From an uncultured Trueperaceae bacterium (GTDB lineage: Bacteria; Deinococcota; Deinococci; Deinococcales; Trueperaceae): a DNA stretch of 64,000 nucleotides. This document shows positions 42,930-53,622 of this stretch, piece after piece. The number at the start of each line of letters is the position of its first letter. Position 1 is the first letter of the stretch. Both the position numbers and the translations under genes were made by a program. The stretch is taken from contig CAWCXJ010000012.1 in assembly GCA_963799485.1 (NCBI GenBank), forward strand, positions 96,001 to 160,000, read 5' to 3'. The notes under the pieces were generated by a model. It searched no databases. It was not told the DNA's origin and saw nothing but the letters and a program-made list of their open reading frames with translations.

Positions 42930-42961
42930 AAAATCCTGACTCCAACTAGCGCATCAGAGAC

Positions 42962-44104
42962 CTAACGCGACTCCAGCGGCGTAAACGTCTTGCCTTTTTC
43001 GCCCTCGTAAGAAAGTTTAGGCCGCATCAGGCGGTTGTCGGCGTACTGCTCTAAAAGGTGCGCCATCCAACCCGGCGTCCGGGAGACGGTAAAGATGGGT
43101 GTGTACATCTCGCCGGGAAACCCGAGCATCCGGTAGACCGACGCGGAGAAAAAATCGACGTTGGGCCTGACCTGTTTGCCTTTTTTGTCCATCTCGCGCT
43201 CCATGACCCGCTCCATCTCCTGCGACATCTCGAACCACTTCGAATCGCCGGACTCTTCGGCGAGTTTTTCGGAGACGCCCTCCAAAATCGCTGCGCGCGG
43301 GTCGAGCACGCGGTAGACGCGGTGCCCGAAACCGGGGATGCGGGCTTTGGGTTCCGAGAGTTTTTTCATCACGAAGTCTTCGACCGCTTCGACGCTGCCG
43401 ATTTCTTCTAACATCTGCATCACTGCCGTATTCGCGCCCCCGTGAAGCGGCCCCTTGAGTGAGCCAATGGCGGCGGTGATAGCGCTGTACACGTCGGTCA
43501 GGGTCGAAGCGGTCGCCCGCGCCACGAAGGTACTCGCGTTCGAGCCGTGTTCGGCGTGCAGCACGAGCGCCACGTCCATCACGCGCACGGCGGCCTCGGA
43601 AGGCTCTTCACCGCTGGTCATATAAAGAAAGTTCGCGGCGAGCGGCAGGTCGGGGTGCGGCGCGACGGGTTCTCGAGCTTCGCGGATACGCTGCAAGGCG
43701 GCGGTCAGGGTAACGATTTGCGCGGTCAGCCGGAGTCCGATGCGGCGCACGTTCTCGAGGTCAACGCCGTCGCTCTCTGTGTCCGACGCGGCAAGGAACG
43801 AAACGGCGGTGCGTAGGGCGTGCATCGGGCTTTCTTCTCTGGGGAAGTGCCGCAACACGTCGATGGCGTCATCAGGTACGGTGAAGTGAGGTTTGAGCGA
43901 CGTATGAAAATCGGAAAGCTCGCTCTCGGTGGGCAGCGAACCGTTCCACAACAAGTAGACCACCTCTTCAAACGAGGCTTTGTCGGCCAACTCGCGGATG
44001 TCGTAGCCGCGGTAGATGAGTTCGCCCTTCATCCCGTCGATGCTGCAGATTTCGCTGGTGTCGATAACTACCCCGTCGAGTCCGCGCTGAATCGTTTCGT
44101 CCAT
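42962..44104 (-). CDS. gltA: Citrate synthase
   Basis: GPLHGGAN, GFGHRVY, DPRA, PNVDF; RBS GGAGGA before ATG 44104. Confidence 0.9.
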   Translation of the reverse strand: MDETIQRGLDGVVIDTSEICSIDGMKGELIYRGYDIRELADKASFEEVVYLLWNGSLPTESELSDFHTSLKPHFTVPDDAIDVLRHFPREESPMHALRTAVSFLAASDTESDGVDLENVRRIGLRLTAQIVTLTAALQRIREAREPVAPHPDLPLAANFLYMTSGEEPSEAAVRVMDVALVLHAEHGSNASTFVARATASTLTDVYSAITAAIGSLKGPLHGGANTAVMQMLEEIGSVEAVEDFVMKKLSEPKARIPGFGHRVYRVLDPRAAILEGVSEKLAEESGDSKWFEMSQEMERVMEREMDKKGKQVRPNVDFFSASVYRMLGFPGEMYTPIFTVSRTPGWMAHLLEQYADNRLMRPKLSYEGEKGKTFTPLESR

Positions 44105-44210
44105 AAATTCCTCCATTAGGTCGCTTTTTTGCTGTTGCTTTTCTGCTATTACTCTAGTGTAGCTGCCCGCCGCGCAGGTCATGGTAAGGTCTGTGGGCTT
44201 TTGCGGGTTT

Positions 44211-45134
44211 CTAGCTTGCCGCGCTCTCCGGGTCGCTGTTTTTATCCCCGTCCGGCTCACGGTCACCGCGTAAAACGCTCAAGACGGTTTCACCGTAGCG
44301 CGAACGCTTGATCGGCCCGACCCCCTTGACGGTGCCGAGTTCGCCTAACGTTTGGGGATTTGCAGCAGCAAGCTGGGTGAGCGTGTCGTTGGTAAAGACG
44401 ATATAGGCCGGGACACCCTCGGCCTTGGCAGTTTCGCGCCGCCACGCCTCGAGCCGCTTGAGCCGAGTATCGGCCTCTACTGAGAGTGCGGTTTGCGGTT
44501 GCGGCTGAGCGGCGACAGCAGGTGCTTCGGTATGGGTCGGGGTGTCCGTTTGCGCTACGCGCTCAGGTTCGGCTGCGGGTGTAAAGGGCGGGGCAGACTC
44601 GCTCGCCGGTGTAGGTGCGCCGTCCGTGCCGTCTGAAAACGCCGGGCTAGCTGTTTGGACGGGTGTCTGAGCGGGTGTGTAGCTACCTGAAGCGGGTGTT
44701 TCGGGCGTATCCGTGTTCCCTTCGCGGTAGAGCAAATAGGCCCCGGCAGCCACCAGCACGAGCGCAAACGCCACCGAACCGAGGAGCCCGAACGAGCCCA
44801 ACGCGACAAGCGCGCCCAGCACTGCAAAGATACCCGCGCTGTAGAGCGCCCAGCGGTTGGGCTTGGGTTCGGTGCGGTCGATGGCGAAAAACCCGGCTGC
44901 CAAACTCAAGAGCATCCCGCTGTCGGTGCCTATAAGTGTGCCGACGGCGATACCCATCAAGACGCCGCCTGCGACCAGAAAATTGTAATTTTGACGCGAC
45001 ACATAGCCGACCAGAAAGATCGCGCTGATAAGCGCCAGCCAGAGCCAGTCCGCGCCGCCGATGCGTGAGAGCAGCATAATGACGCCGATAGTGATAAGCG
45101 CGTAGGCCAGTAGGCGCTGTGGTCTCGTTTTCAT
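44211..45134 (-). CDS. Multi-TM protein with C-terminal HRDC domain
   Basis: About 5 TM helices, P/T/A-rich linker, LEAWRRETAKAEGVPAYIVFTNDTL...VKGVGPIKRSRYG. Confidence 0.82.
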   Translation of the reverse strand: MKTRPQRLLAYALITIGVIMLLSRIGGADWLWLALISAIFLVGYVSRQNYNFLVAGGVLMGIAVGTLIGTDSGMLLSLAAGFFAIDRTEPKPNRWALYSAGIFAVLGALVALGSFGLLGSVAFALVLVAAGAYLLYREGNTDTPETPASGSYTPAQTPVQTASPAFSDGTDGAPTPASESAPPFTPAAEPERVAQTDTPTHTEAPAVAAQPQPQTALSVEADTRLKRLEAWRRETAKAEGVPAYIVFTNDTLTQLAAANPQTLGELGTVKGVGPIKRSRYGETVLSVLRGDREPDGDKNSDPESAAS

Positions 45135-45425
45135 CCGGGCCTCCTCGTCCGCCCATGATAGCGCACCCCGGCCATGTAACGAACCTTCCGTCTTTGCGTG
45201 TTTGCCGCATAGCTATCTGTCCTATAGGTATACGCGAATGTATTACATGTATGTACAAAGTGTAACCATGTAAGGAACGTGAGGTTTTCACACGCGCAGA
45301 GTGCTAGCATATACCCAACATGTGTGACATCCGCTCGAGGGGACGATGAAACCGCCGGAACAGCCACTACGACGCGTTACCAGCATCACACGGCTGTTCA
45401 CGCTGCTGTTTACGCCGCCTCTTGA

Positions 45426-46607
<1,182 letters not shown>

Positions 46608-46621
46608 TGGAGAGGGTTTAG

Positions 46622-47596
46622 GTGGCGCAGCTCAACTTTGTACAGACGGTCGCGCATACCCTGAGCTTTGAAATGGCCCTCGACGATAACGTCGTGCTGC
46701 TCGGCGAAGATGTCGGCAAACGCGGCGGCGTCTTTCTAGCCACTGAAGGGCTTTTTGAGCGTTACGGCCCCGACCGGGTCATCGACACACCCTTGTCCGA
46801 AGCGGCGATTATCGGCGCGGCGGTCGGCATGGCGGCGCACGGCCTCCGGCCCGTCGCCGAAATCCAGTTTTCGGATTACGTCTATCCGGGTTTCGACCAA
46901 CTGGTCTCGCAGGCCGCCAAGCTCCGTTACCGTTCCGGTGGACAGTTTTTCGCGCCGATGGTCGTGCGGATGCCTGCCGGGGGCGGCGTCAAAGGCGGTC
47001 ATCACCACTCGCAAAACCCCGAAACGCACTTTGTTCACACGCCCGGCCTCAAGGTGGTTTATCCGTCGTCGCCCGCCGACGCCAAAGGACTCTTGAGTAC
47101 CGCCATCCGCGACGACGACCCGGTGATTTTTATGGAACCCAAACGCCTCTACCGGGCCTTCAAAGAAGAGGTGCCGGACGGCGAACACCTGATTCCGCTC
47201 GGGCAGGCGCGTGTCAAACGCGAAGGCGACGACGTGGTGCTCATTTCTTACGGTGCCAGCGTTGCGGAAACCCTTAAAGCTGCCGACGCGCTCTCCAAAC
47301 AGGGGATTTCAGCTAAGGTTATCGATTTGCGTTCGCTGTTGCCGTGGGACAAGGGGGTGGTTTTGGAGGCCGTCGCAAAGCTCGGACGCGTCGTGCTGGT
47401 CTCCGAAGCGCCCAGAACCGGCGGCTTTGTGAGCGAAGTTGCCGCGACCATTTCCGAAGAGGTTTTGGATATGCTGCTCGCGCCGCCCGTTCGCGTCACG
47501 GGTTTTGATACACCGTATCCCTACGCTCAAGACAGGCTCTATCTGCCGGGGGTAAACCGCATTTTGAAGGCGGTGCAGCGGGTACTCGAGTACTGA
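46622..47596 (+). CDS. 2-oxoacid dehydrogenase E1 beta
   Basis: [25 protein letters not shown]. Confidence 0.92.
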   Translation: MAQLNFVQTVAHTLSFEMALDDNVVLLGEDVGKRGGVFLATEGLFERYGPDRVIDTPLSEAAIIGAAVGMAAHGLRPVAEIQFSDYVYPGFDQLVSQAAKLRYRSGGQFFAPMVVRMPAGGGVKGGHHHSQNPETHFVHTPGLKVVYPSSPADAKGLLSTAIRDDDPVIFMEPKRLYRAFKEEVPDGEHLIPLGQARVKREGDDVVLISYGASVAETLKAADALSKQGISAKVIDLRSLLPWDKGVVLEAVAKLGRVVLVSEAPRTGGFVSEVAATISEEVLDMLLAPPVRVTGFDTPYPYAQDRLYLPGVNRILKAVQRVLEY

Positions 47597-47787
47597 TGCT
47601 CCCCGTAAACCTGTTTGTTTCACCGGATACTGCCGCAGCTTACGCCCAGGGCCATCCGTATTTTCATCCGCCGGTTGTTTTGAAACGTAAGCTGACCGAA
47701 CAACTTAAACCCTTCTTTTACGGCGAAGAAACCTTCCCTTTCGCCGGTTTTATCTGGCTACTTAGGAGAGATTCGCGTCATGCCTAG
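47596..47787 (+). pseudogene. 63-aa ORF, probable internally deleted SAM methyltransferase remnant
   Basis: N-terminus AAAYAQGHPYFHP joined directly to a C-terminus-like LKPFFYGEETFPFAGFIWLL; coupled to both neighbours. Confidence 0.4.
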
Positions 47788-49144
47788 AGAACTCGTACTC
47801 CCCGAACTCGCCGAGTCGGTCGTCGAAGGTGAAATCGTCAAATGGCTCGTCGCCGAGGGCGAGCGCGTCGAGGAAGACCAACCGGTTGTCGAGGTCATGA
47901 CCGATAAAGTCACCGTCGAACTGCCGAGCCCGTTTGCCGGAGTGCTGGAAACGCAGCTTGTCGCCGAGGGGGATGTGGTCGCGGTTCACGCGCCGATTGC
48001 CCGCTTTGCCGACGAAGCGGTCGGCGAACAAGCGGCGGGCGCAACCGAAACACCGTCACCGACAGCCGATTTGGTTCAAGTTGAAGCGGCAGACGACACA
48101 GAAGACGATACGGCTGAAGACACAGAAGGTACAGACGACGGCGACGCGCGCAGTTTGTTCCGGGCATCCAAAGATGACGACGCTGAACCGGTCTATCAGG
48201 TTTTACGGCAAGAAACAGCCCGTGAGCCTGAACGTACGGGGCCTTACGGTCGCCCGGTGGCGGTTCCGGCAGCGCGTAAACTCGCCCGTGAGTTGGGCGT
48301 AGAGCTGAGCGCCGTTTCCGGGAGTGGCCCGAACGGGCGTATCCGCGTAGACGACGTGCGGCGTGCTGCCGAGCAAGGTGAGACTCAAACGCCGACTACG
48401 CCCAAAGCGCCCGCGTACAAAACGCCTGCGGGCTACGAAGGTCGTGAGGAGCGCGTCCCCGTCCGGGGTTTACGGCGCGCCATTTCAAACCAGATGGTCG
48501 CCTCGCACTTGCAGACCGTCCGGACACTGCATGTTGACGAAGTAGACGCTACCGAGTTGGTCGCGCTGCGATCACGCCTCAAACCGCTTGCCGAAAAACG
48601 CGGGGTCAAGCTCTCGTATCTGCCGTTTATCATGAAGGCGACGGTGGCGGCGCTGAAAGCCTTTCCGGTGGTGAACTCGAGCCTCGACGAAGCCGCGAGT
48701 GAGGTCGTGCTCAAGCGGTTTTATAACCTGGGTTTAGCGGTCGCCACCGACGTCGGTCTAGTCGTGCCGGTCATCAAAGACGTCGATAAAAAGAGCGTGC
48801 TCGAGGTCGCCCAAGAGGTCGGTACACTCGCCGTAAAAGCGAGGGACGGCAAACTCGCGCCCGAAGACGTGAAGGGCGGCACCTTTAGCGTCACCAACAT
48901 CGGCTCACTCGGCGGACTTTTCAGCTTTCCGATTATCAATGTTCCCGAAGCTGCCATTTTAGGCGTCCACAGCATCAAAAAACGTCCGGCGGTGATGCCG
49001 GACGATTCGGTTCAGGCGCGGCAGATGCTCTATCTGTCCCTGTCGTTCGACCACCGCATCATCGACGGGGCGGAGGCAGCGCAGTTTACGAGCTACTTGA
49101 TCGAACTGCTCACGACGCCCGAAGCGCTCCTGCTAGAAAGCTGA
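47780..49144 (+). CDS. Dihydrolipoamide acyltransferase E2
   Basis: Lipoyl motif VMTDKVTVELPSP, E3-binding GSGPNGRI, catalytic DHRIIDG. Confidence 0.93.
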   Translation: MPRELVLPELAESVVEGEIVKWLVAEGERVEEDQPVVEVMTDKVTVELPSPFAGVLETQLVAEGDVVAVHAPIARFADEAVGEQAAGATETPSPTADLVQVEAADDTEDDTAEDTEGTDDGDARSLFRASKDDDAEPVYQVLRQETAREPERTGPYGRPVAVPAARKLARELGVELSAVSGSGPNGRIRVDDVRRAAEQGETQTPTTPKAPAYKTPAGYEGREERVPVRGLRRAISNQMVASHLQTVRTLHVDEVDATELVALRSRLKPLAEKRGVKLSYLPFIMKATVAALKAFPVVNSSLDEAASEVVLKRFYNLGLAVATDVGLVVPVIKDVDKKSVLEVAQEVGTLAVKARDGKLAPEDVKGGTFSVTNIGSLGGLFSFPIINVPEAAILGVHSIKKRPAVMPDDSVQARQMLYLSLSFDHRIIDGAEAAQFTSYLIELLTTPEALLLES

Positions 49145-49276
49145 GCTGCGTAGCCGGATGTTCCCGGTACTCCAGGCGGGCGGACGCACCAGCAGGGTGT
49201 CGATCAACCAAAACAGAGCATAACCAAGACGGAGCATAACCAAAGACAGAGAGGCGCGCCGCTGGGCCGCGCCCAG

Positions 49277-50554
49277 CTAAAAACTGGCAAACCCCCGCTC
49301 CCGCGCCCAGATCACCGCTTCAGTCCGGGAGTGCACCCCGAGCTTGTCGTAGAGGTTGGTAATGTAGTTGCGTACCGTTTGCTCGGCGAGCCCCAAGTCG
49401 GCGGCGATGGCGTCGTTGCTCCGGCCACTCGCGATATGCTCCAACACCTGCTTTTCACGTTTGGTCAGCGCGGCGACCTCCGCCGTATTAACGCGCTTGC
49501 CCGAACGTTTGGCCCGCGCCTGCGCAAGTTTTTCCATCAAGGAGCGGCTGAACCAGGCGGCGTCTTGCATCACCTCGCCTATCGCCTGTGTCAGCTCTTC
49601 TTCGGACTGTTTGCGTTCGGTAATATCGAAAAACATCTGCAGCAAACAGGGTGCGCCGCCCATCTCGACGGTCTCGGCGGACGCCAGGATGTCGCGGACG
49701 CCGCCCGCTTTCGTCCGAAACTGGAGTTCCAGGTCGTGATAACCCTGAGCGTCCCGTAAGGCTGCCGCTATTGCCCTTTGGTCTTCAGGTGAGGCCCACA
49801 TCCCCAGGGTTCGGTTCGTCTGACCGACGGCTTCGGCAGCGGTGTAACCGGTCAGCTTTTCAAAGCTCAGGTTGACGTCGAGAAAGCGCCCCTCACCGAG
49901 GGTCGTCAGGCAGGTTGCCACCGGGCCGACGCGAAACGCCTGTTCAAACCGCCTTTCGCTGTTCAGCAGCTGCTCCTTGGCCTTTTCGTGTTCGGCAACT
50001 TCCGCTTGAAGTTGCGTGTTGGCGGTGCGAAGGTCCAGAGTCCTTTCGCCGACCCGCGTCTCGAGCTGTTCGTTTGCCGTGTCTTGTGCGAGGAGCAAGT
50101 CGCGTACCTGATACTGCCGTTTGCGGGCAGTTAGCGCCGCGCGCACGACCGTGATGAGCGTCGGGACGCGGAGGGGGCGCTCGAGCACCGTCGCGGCGCT
50201 CAAGTTCCCCAAACCGCCCAGCCCCGACCATGACGCGCCGACCAAGAGCACGAGCGGCAGGTCCGACCAGCCCGGTTGCGTTTCGGCGGCGCGCTTTACG
50301 GCGGCGAGCGTCGCCGCCGTAAGCGCCTCTTCGGTGAGTAGTAGCACCCCCACGCCCGCGCTCAGCTGCGCCGCGAGGTCGCCGCCGGAGACTGTATCAA
50401 AGGCCGCGCACGGCAGACCGGCTGCTGAGAGCGCCCGGCATAACAGCAGGGCGTCTCGTCCCAGCGGAGCCAAAACCAAAACGCGCTCCGCCGGACTCGT
50501 TACCGGCTCCGTTACAGAAGCGGTTCCGGGGCCGGTTGGCGGTTCAGTCGTCAT
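49277..50554 (-). CDS. Receiver-like + PAS + LuxR-HTH transcriptional regulator
   Basis: RVLVLAPLGRDA...QPGWSDLP...LERP; PAS (VNLSFEKLTGY...DITERK); LTKREKQVL...TVRNYITNLYDKLGV. Confidence 0.88.
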   Translation of the reverse strand: MTTEPPTGPGTASVTEPVTSPAERVLVLAPLGRDALLLCRALSAAGLPCAAFDTVSGGDLAAQLSAGVGVLLLTEEALTAATLAAVKRAAETQPGWSDLPLVLLVGASWSGLGGLGNLSAATVLERPLRVPTLITVVRAALTARKRQYQVRDLLLAQDTANEQLETRVGERTLDLRTANTQLQAEVAEHEKAKEQLLNSERRFEQAFRVGPVATCLTTLGEGRFLDVNLSFEKLTGYTAAEAVGQTNRTLGMWASPEDQRAIAAALRDAQGYHDLELQFRTKAGGVRDILASAETVEMGGAPCLLQMFFDITERKQSEEELTQAIGEVMQDAAWFSRSLMEKLAQARAKRSGKRVNTAEVAALTKREKQVLEHIASGRSNDAIAADLGLAEQTVRNYITNLYDKLGVHSRTEAVIWARERGFASF

Positions 50555-52058
50555 CTTGAGCGCGCCGCGTCAGCAAGTCTTCAGCGCGGCCCTGGTAGGT
50601 CGGCGTGCCCGTCAGGACGCCGCTAAACATGGTGATGGGGTCGCCGACCTGAATCCCGGCAGGGGTAATCCGCAGCTCCCGAATGGTATCTTCGTGCGGC
50701 CCGTAACGTTTTTTGATGACCGAAACCGCGAGCCGGAGGTGGCCTTCGGCCTCGAAGTGCCGCAACAGCAGCACCGTGTCGGCTAGGTAACTGATGTCTA
50801 GGGGCTCGAGTTCACCGCTCCCGAGCACGCCCCGTTCGGCCATAATCAAAAACGTCAGGACGCCCTTCCAGCTCAGGTAGGTGAGCAGCTCGTGAAGTTG
50901 CGCGACGAGCAGCGTTTCTTGCGGCATGGCGTTCAAGTAGCCCGTCAAGCTGTCGATGACCACCACCTTGGCCCCGCCTTTGCCCACGGCCTCCCGGACG
51001 ATGTGCGCAAACTCGCCGGGTGACAGCTCCCCGGCGTCCACTTGTTGCAGCCGCACTGTGCCCGCCTCGAGCTGCGGCCTCAGGTCGAGCCCCATTCCCT
51101 GCGAGCGCACGTGAAAAGTTTCGGGGCGCTCGTCGAACAAAAACACCGCCGCGCGTTCGCCACGGGCAGCGGCGGTGTGGGCGTAAAGCGTGGCGAGCGA
51201 GCTTTTGCCGGTGCCGGTCGGGCCGACCAGCAAACAGGCGGTGCCGAACTCGAGGCCGCCCCCCAACAGGTGGTCGAGTTCGCCGACGCCGCTCTCGGCG
51301 ACCGTCCGCTGCCTCGCGCCGTCGTCAGAAGACGCGGGCGTCTCGAGGCGCGGAAAAACCTCCAGCCCGCCCGTGCGGATACGAAAGCTGTGGTAGCCGC
51401 CGTGGTAGGTCATCCCGCGCCCCTTGTCGAGTTTGAGCCGCCGCCGCACGTCGCCGTAGTCGGGCGCGCGCTGCTCGAGCAGCAGCGCCCCGTGCGCCAC
51501 GGTCGCGAGCTGCCGGTCGCCCTGCTCGACCGGTTCACCGGTTAAAAAGAGCGAGGTACACTCGAGGTCGCTTAAAACCTGCTTGAACATCAGGAGCTGC
51601 GAGCGGTAGCGCAGCGGGTTGTCGGTCAGCAGCCGAATCTGCTCGATGGGGTCAAAGACCAGGCGCTCGGGTTTGGTTCGGGTGATGACCGCCATAATCG
51701 CCTCGGTCGTCTCTTTAAGCTCGACCTCGGCGGTGTGAAAGACCGTCTGCTCGGCAGTGATGTAAAGGGCCGCTTCACCTGCTGAAAACTCGTGGACGGG
51801 CATCCCGCCAAGCGACCAGCCGTGCGACGCGGCAATCTCGCGGAGCTCCCGTTCGGTGTGCGACAGCGTGATGTAAAGGACGCGCTCGCCGCGCCGTAAA
51901 CCCTCCAGGAGAAACTGCAAGCCGAGGGTCGTCTTGCCGGTACCGGGCGTACCCTGAACCAGGTACAGCCAGCCGCGCGGCAAGCCGCCGTTCAGCACCG
52001 TGTCGAGCCCGGTCACGCCGGTCGCGGCTTTTTCCGGGCCCGTCTCCATCCGGTTCAT
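50544..52058 (-). CDS. KaiC-like double-domain ATPase
   Basis: Two RecA-like domains: GTPGTGKT and GPTGTGKS, VVIDS, ISYLADT, VIKKR. Confidence 0.9.
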   Translation of the reverse strand: MNRMETGPEKAATGVTGLDTVLNGGLPRGWLYLVQGTPGTGKTTLGLQFLLEGLRRGERVLYITLSHTERELREIAASHGWSLGGMPVHEFSAGEAALYITAEQTVFHTAEVELKETTEAIMAVITRTKPERLVFDPIEQIRLLTDNPLRYRSQLLMFKQVLSDLECTSLFLTGEPVEQGDRQLATVAHGALLLEQRAPDYGDVRRRLKLDKGRGMTYHGGYHSFRIRTGGLEVFPRLETPASSDDGARQRTVAESGVGELDHLLGGGLEFGTACLLVGPTGTGKSSLATLYAHTAAARGERAAVFLFDERPETFHVRSQGMGLDLRPQLEAGTVRLQQVDAGELSPGEFAHIVREAVGKGGAKVVVIDSLTGYLNAMPQETLLVAQLHELLTYLSWKGVLTFLIMAERGVLGSGELEPLDISYLADTVLLLRHFEAEGHLRLAVSVIKKRYGPHEDTIRELRITPAGIQVGDPITMFSGVLTGTPTYQGRAEDLLTRRAQDDD

Positions 52059-52223
52059 CAGGGTCGCCCGGGCCGAAGGCAGGTTGGTCGGCCCGGATCG
52101 GGTGACGTTCGTACTGCTTTTCTGGTGTTTTGGCGTCTAGTATCTAAGTAACTCATCTGTCGGTATGATATACCTAACCGTGTAATTCAAATTGTTATCT
52201 TCCCGCAAAGCTGAACCCGTGTC

Positions 52224-52241
52224 TAGGGGTTGAAACCCTTA
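52224..52241. promoter_or_regulatory. Palindromic operator candidate, copy 1
   Basis: TAGGGGT-TGAA-ACCCTTA between the divergent KaiC-like and GGDEF genes. Confidence 0.55.
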
Positions 52242-52329
52242 GAGAACTGGTACTCGGGCCTCTGTAAGCGTCTTGGAAGGTTTGTTTTAATAACGCGGTA
52301 ACACTCCGTTGGGGGCGGACCGGCAATAG

Positions 52330-52360
52330 ACGACCTGCAAACGACCTGCAAACGACCTGC
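52330..52360. repeat. 11-bp tandem repeat ACGACCTGCAA (about 2.8 copies)
   Basis: Read directly. Confidence 0.8.
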
Positions 52361-52387
52361 GCCTAGCGCCGCCGTCTGCAGTTTGTT

Positions 52388-53368
52388 TTGTCGGAGGCCC
52401 CGGCGAGCGCTCAACGTGTCAAGGCGCAGAGATTTAGGGAGGGTGTAACTATCAACCGAGCTGTTCTCGAGGCCACCCTCAACACCCTGAGCGAACCGCT
52501 GCTGGTTATCGGTTCCGACCGGCGGGTGACGTTTGTCAACGCGGCGTGGCGACGTTTGCGGGAGCAGCTAGGGGAACCGGACGGGGATAAGGCGTGGCTC
52601 GAGCCGGTTTACGGCACCGCTTACCAAGCCGGGTGCGGAAACCTGCTCAGTAACGAGGCAGCAAGGGGTGTCGAGGCTGTTCTGGGCGGAACTCTGCCCC
52701 GTTACGAGACTGTTTTTAAGTGCGCCGCCGGGTACGAAAGCCGTACCCTCAAACTCGAGGTGTTGCCGCTGGCACTAGGCTGCCCCGGCGCGCTGCTCAG
52801 CTACCATGACCTCACCGAACAGACGCGGCGTGAAACGGAAATCTACAACCTGGCGAACTTAGACCCGCTGACCGGACTATTTAACCGGCGTTTGTTCTTC
52901 GCCGAGGCCGAACGGGTGCTGGCGCTTGCCGAGCGGCACGGGCACCCTTTTACGCTCCTCTACCTAGACCTCGACGGTTTCAAGGCGGTAAACGACTCGA
53001 GCGGTCATGAAGTCGGCGACGAGGTGCTCTGCAGGGTGGCGGCGAGGTTGGGCGGGTGCCTGCGTAAAAGCGACCTGTTGGCACGTCTGGGCGGTGACGA
53101 GTTTTTGCTGCTGTTGCCGGAAACGGATGAACGGGAGAGTTTGGTAACGGTCAAGCGCTGCTTGGAGAGCCTTACCCGACCTTTTACGGTTGACGGTCAT
53201 ACCATCACGCTTACGGGCAGTTTCGGGGTTGCCCACTATCCGACTCATGCCCGCACGATTGACGAACTGGTGCGGCTGGCGGATAAGGCTATGTACCAGG
53301 CCAAAGCGAACGGCGGCGGCGTCCGGGTCGTCCCTAGAGCGACTGTTCACCGCAGCGCTTACCACTAA
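52388..53368 (+). CDS. PAS-GGDEF diguanylate cyclase (start uncertain)
   Basis: DPLTGLFNRR, DLDGFK.VND..GH, I-site RKSD, GGDEF, ADKAMY.AK. Confidence 0.9.
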   Translation: MSEAPASAQRVKAQRFREGVTINRAVLEATLNTLSEPLLVIGSDRRVTFVNAAWRRLREQLGEPDGDKAWLEPVYGTAYQAGCGNLLSNEAARGVEAVLGGTLPRYETVFKCAAGYESRTLKLEVLPLALGCPGALLSYHDLTEQTRRETEIYNLANLDPLTGLFNRRLFFAEAERVLALAERHGHPFTLLYLDLDGFKAVNDSSGHEVGDEVLCRVAARLGGCLRKSDLLARLGGDEFLLLLPETDERESLVTVKRCLESLTRPFTVDGHTITLTGSFGVAHYPTHARTIDELVRLADKAMYQAKANGGGVRVVPRATVHRSAYH

Positions 53369-53390
53369 AGGAAAGACACGTTAGGCCGAA

Positions 53391-53408
53391 CCGGGGTTAA
53401 AACCCCTA
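53391..53408. promoter_or_regulatory. Palindromic operator candidate, copy 2
   Basis: CCGGGGT-TAAA-ACCCCTA upstream of the desaturase. Confidence 0.55.
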
Positions 53409-53622
53409 ACGTTTTAGTCTATGTACCTCTGGCTGCGGCGCAACCTTCTTGTTAGGGTTGTAGCTGTAGACAGGTGTTTTATACGCTTTCCAACTGAGCT
53501 GTGCGCACGAAACCGTAAATGCCACCATAAATGTCACCGTTTCAAACAGTTTTAGTACCCGGCCTTGTCCGGTCGTAACGACCCAGCAGACCGCTACTTA
53601 CTTTCAAGCAAAGGAGCCCTCC

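Noticed and set aside
44105..44266. N-terminal extension of citrate synthase in the ORF track
   Set aside because: Overlaps the HRDC gene; a strong RBS precedes ATG 44104.
45279..45295. CRP site upstream of the dehydrogenase operon
   Set aside because: CGTGA-N5-TCACA has a 5-bp rather than 6-bp spacer.
50544..52058. True circadian clock
   Set aside because: No kaiA or kaiB in the window and the canonical ST phosphosite pair is replaced by SY.
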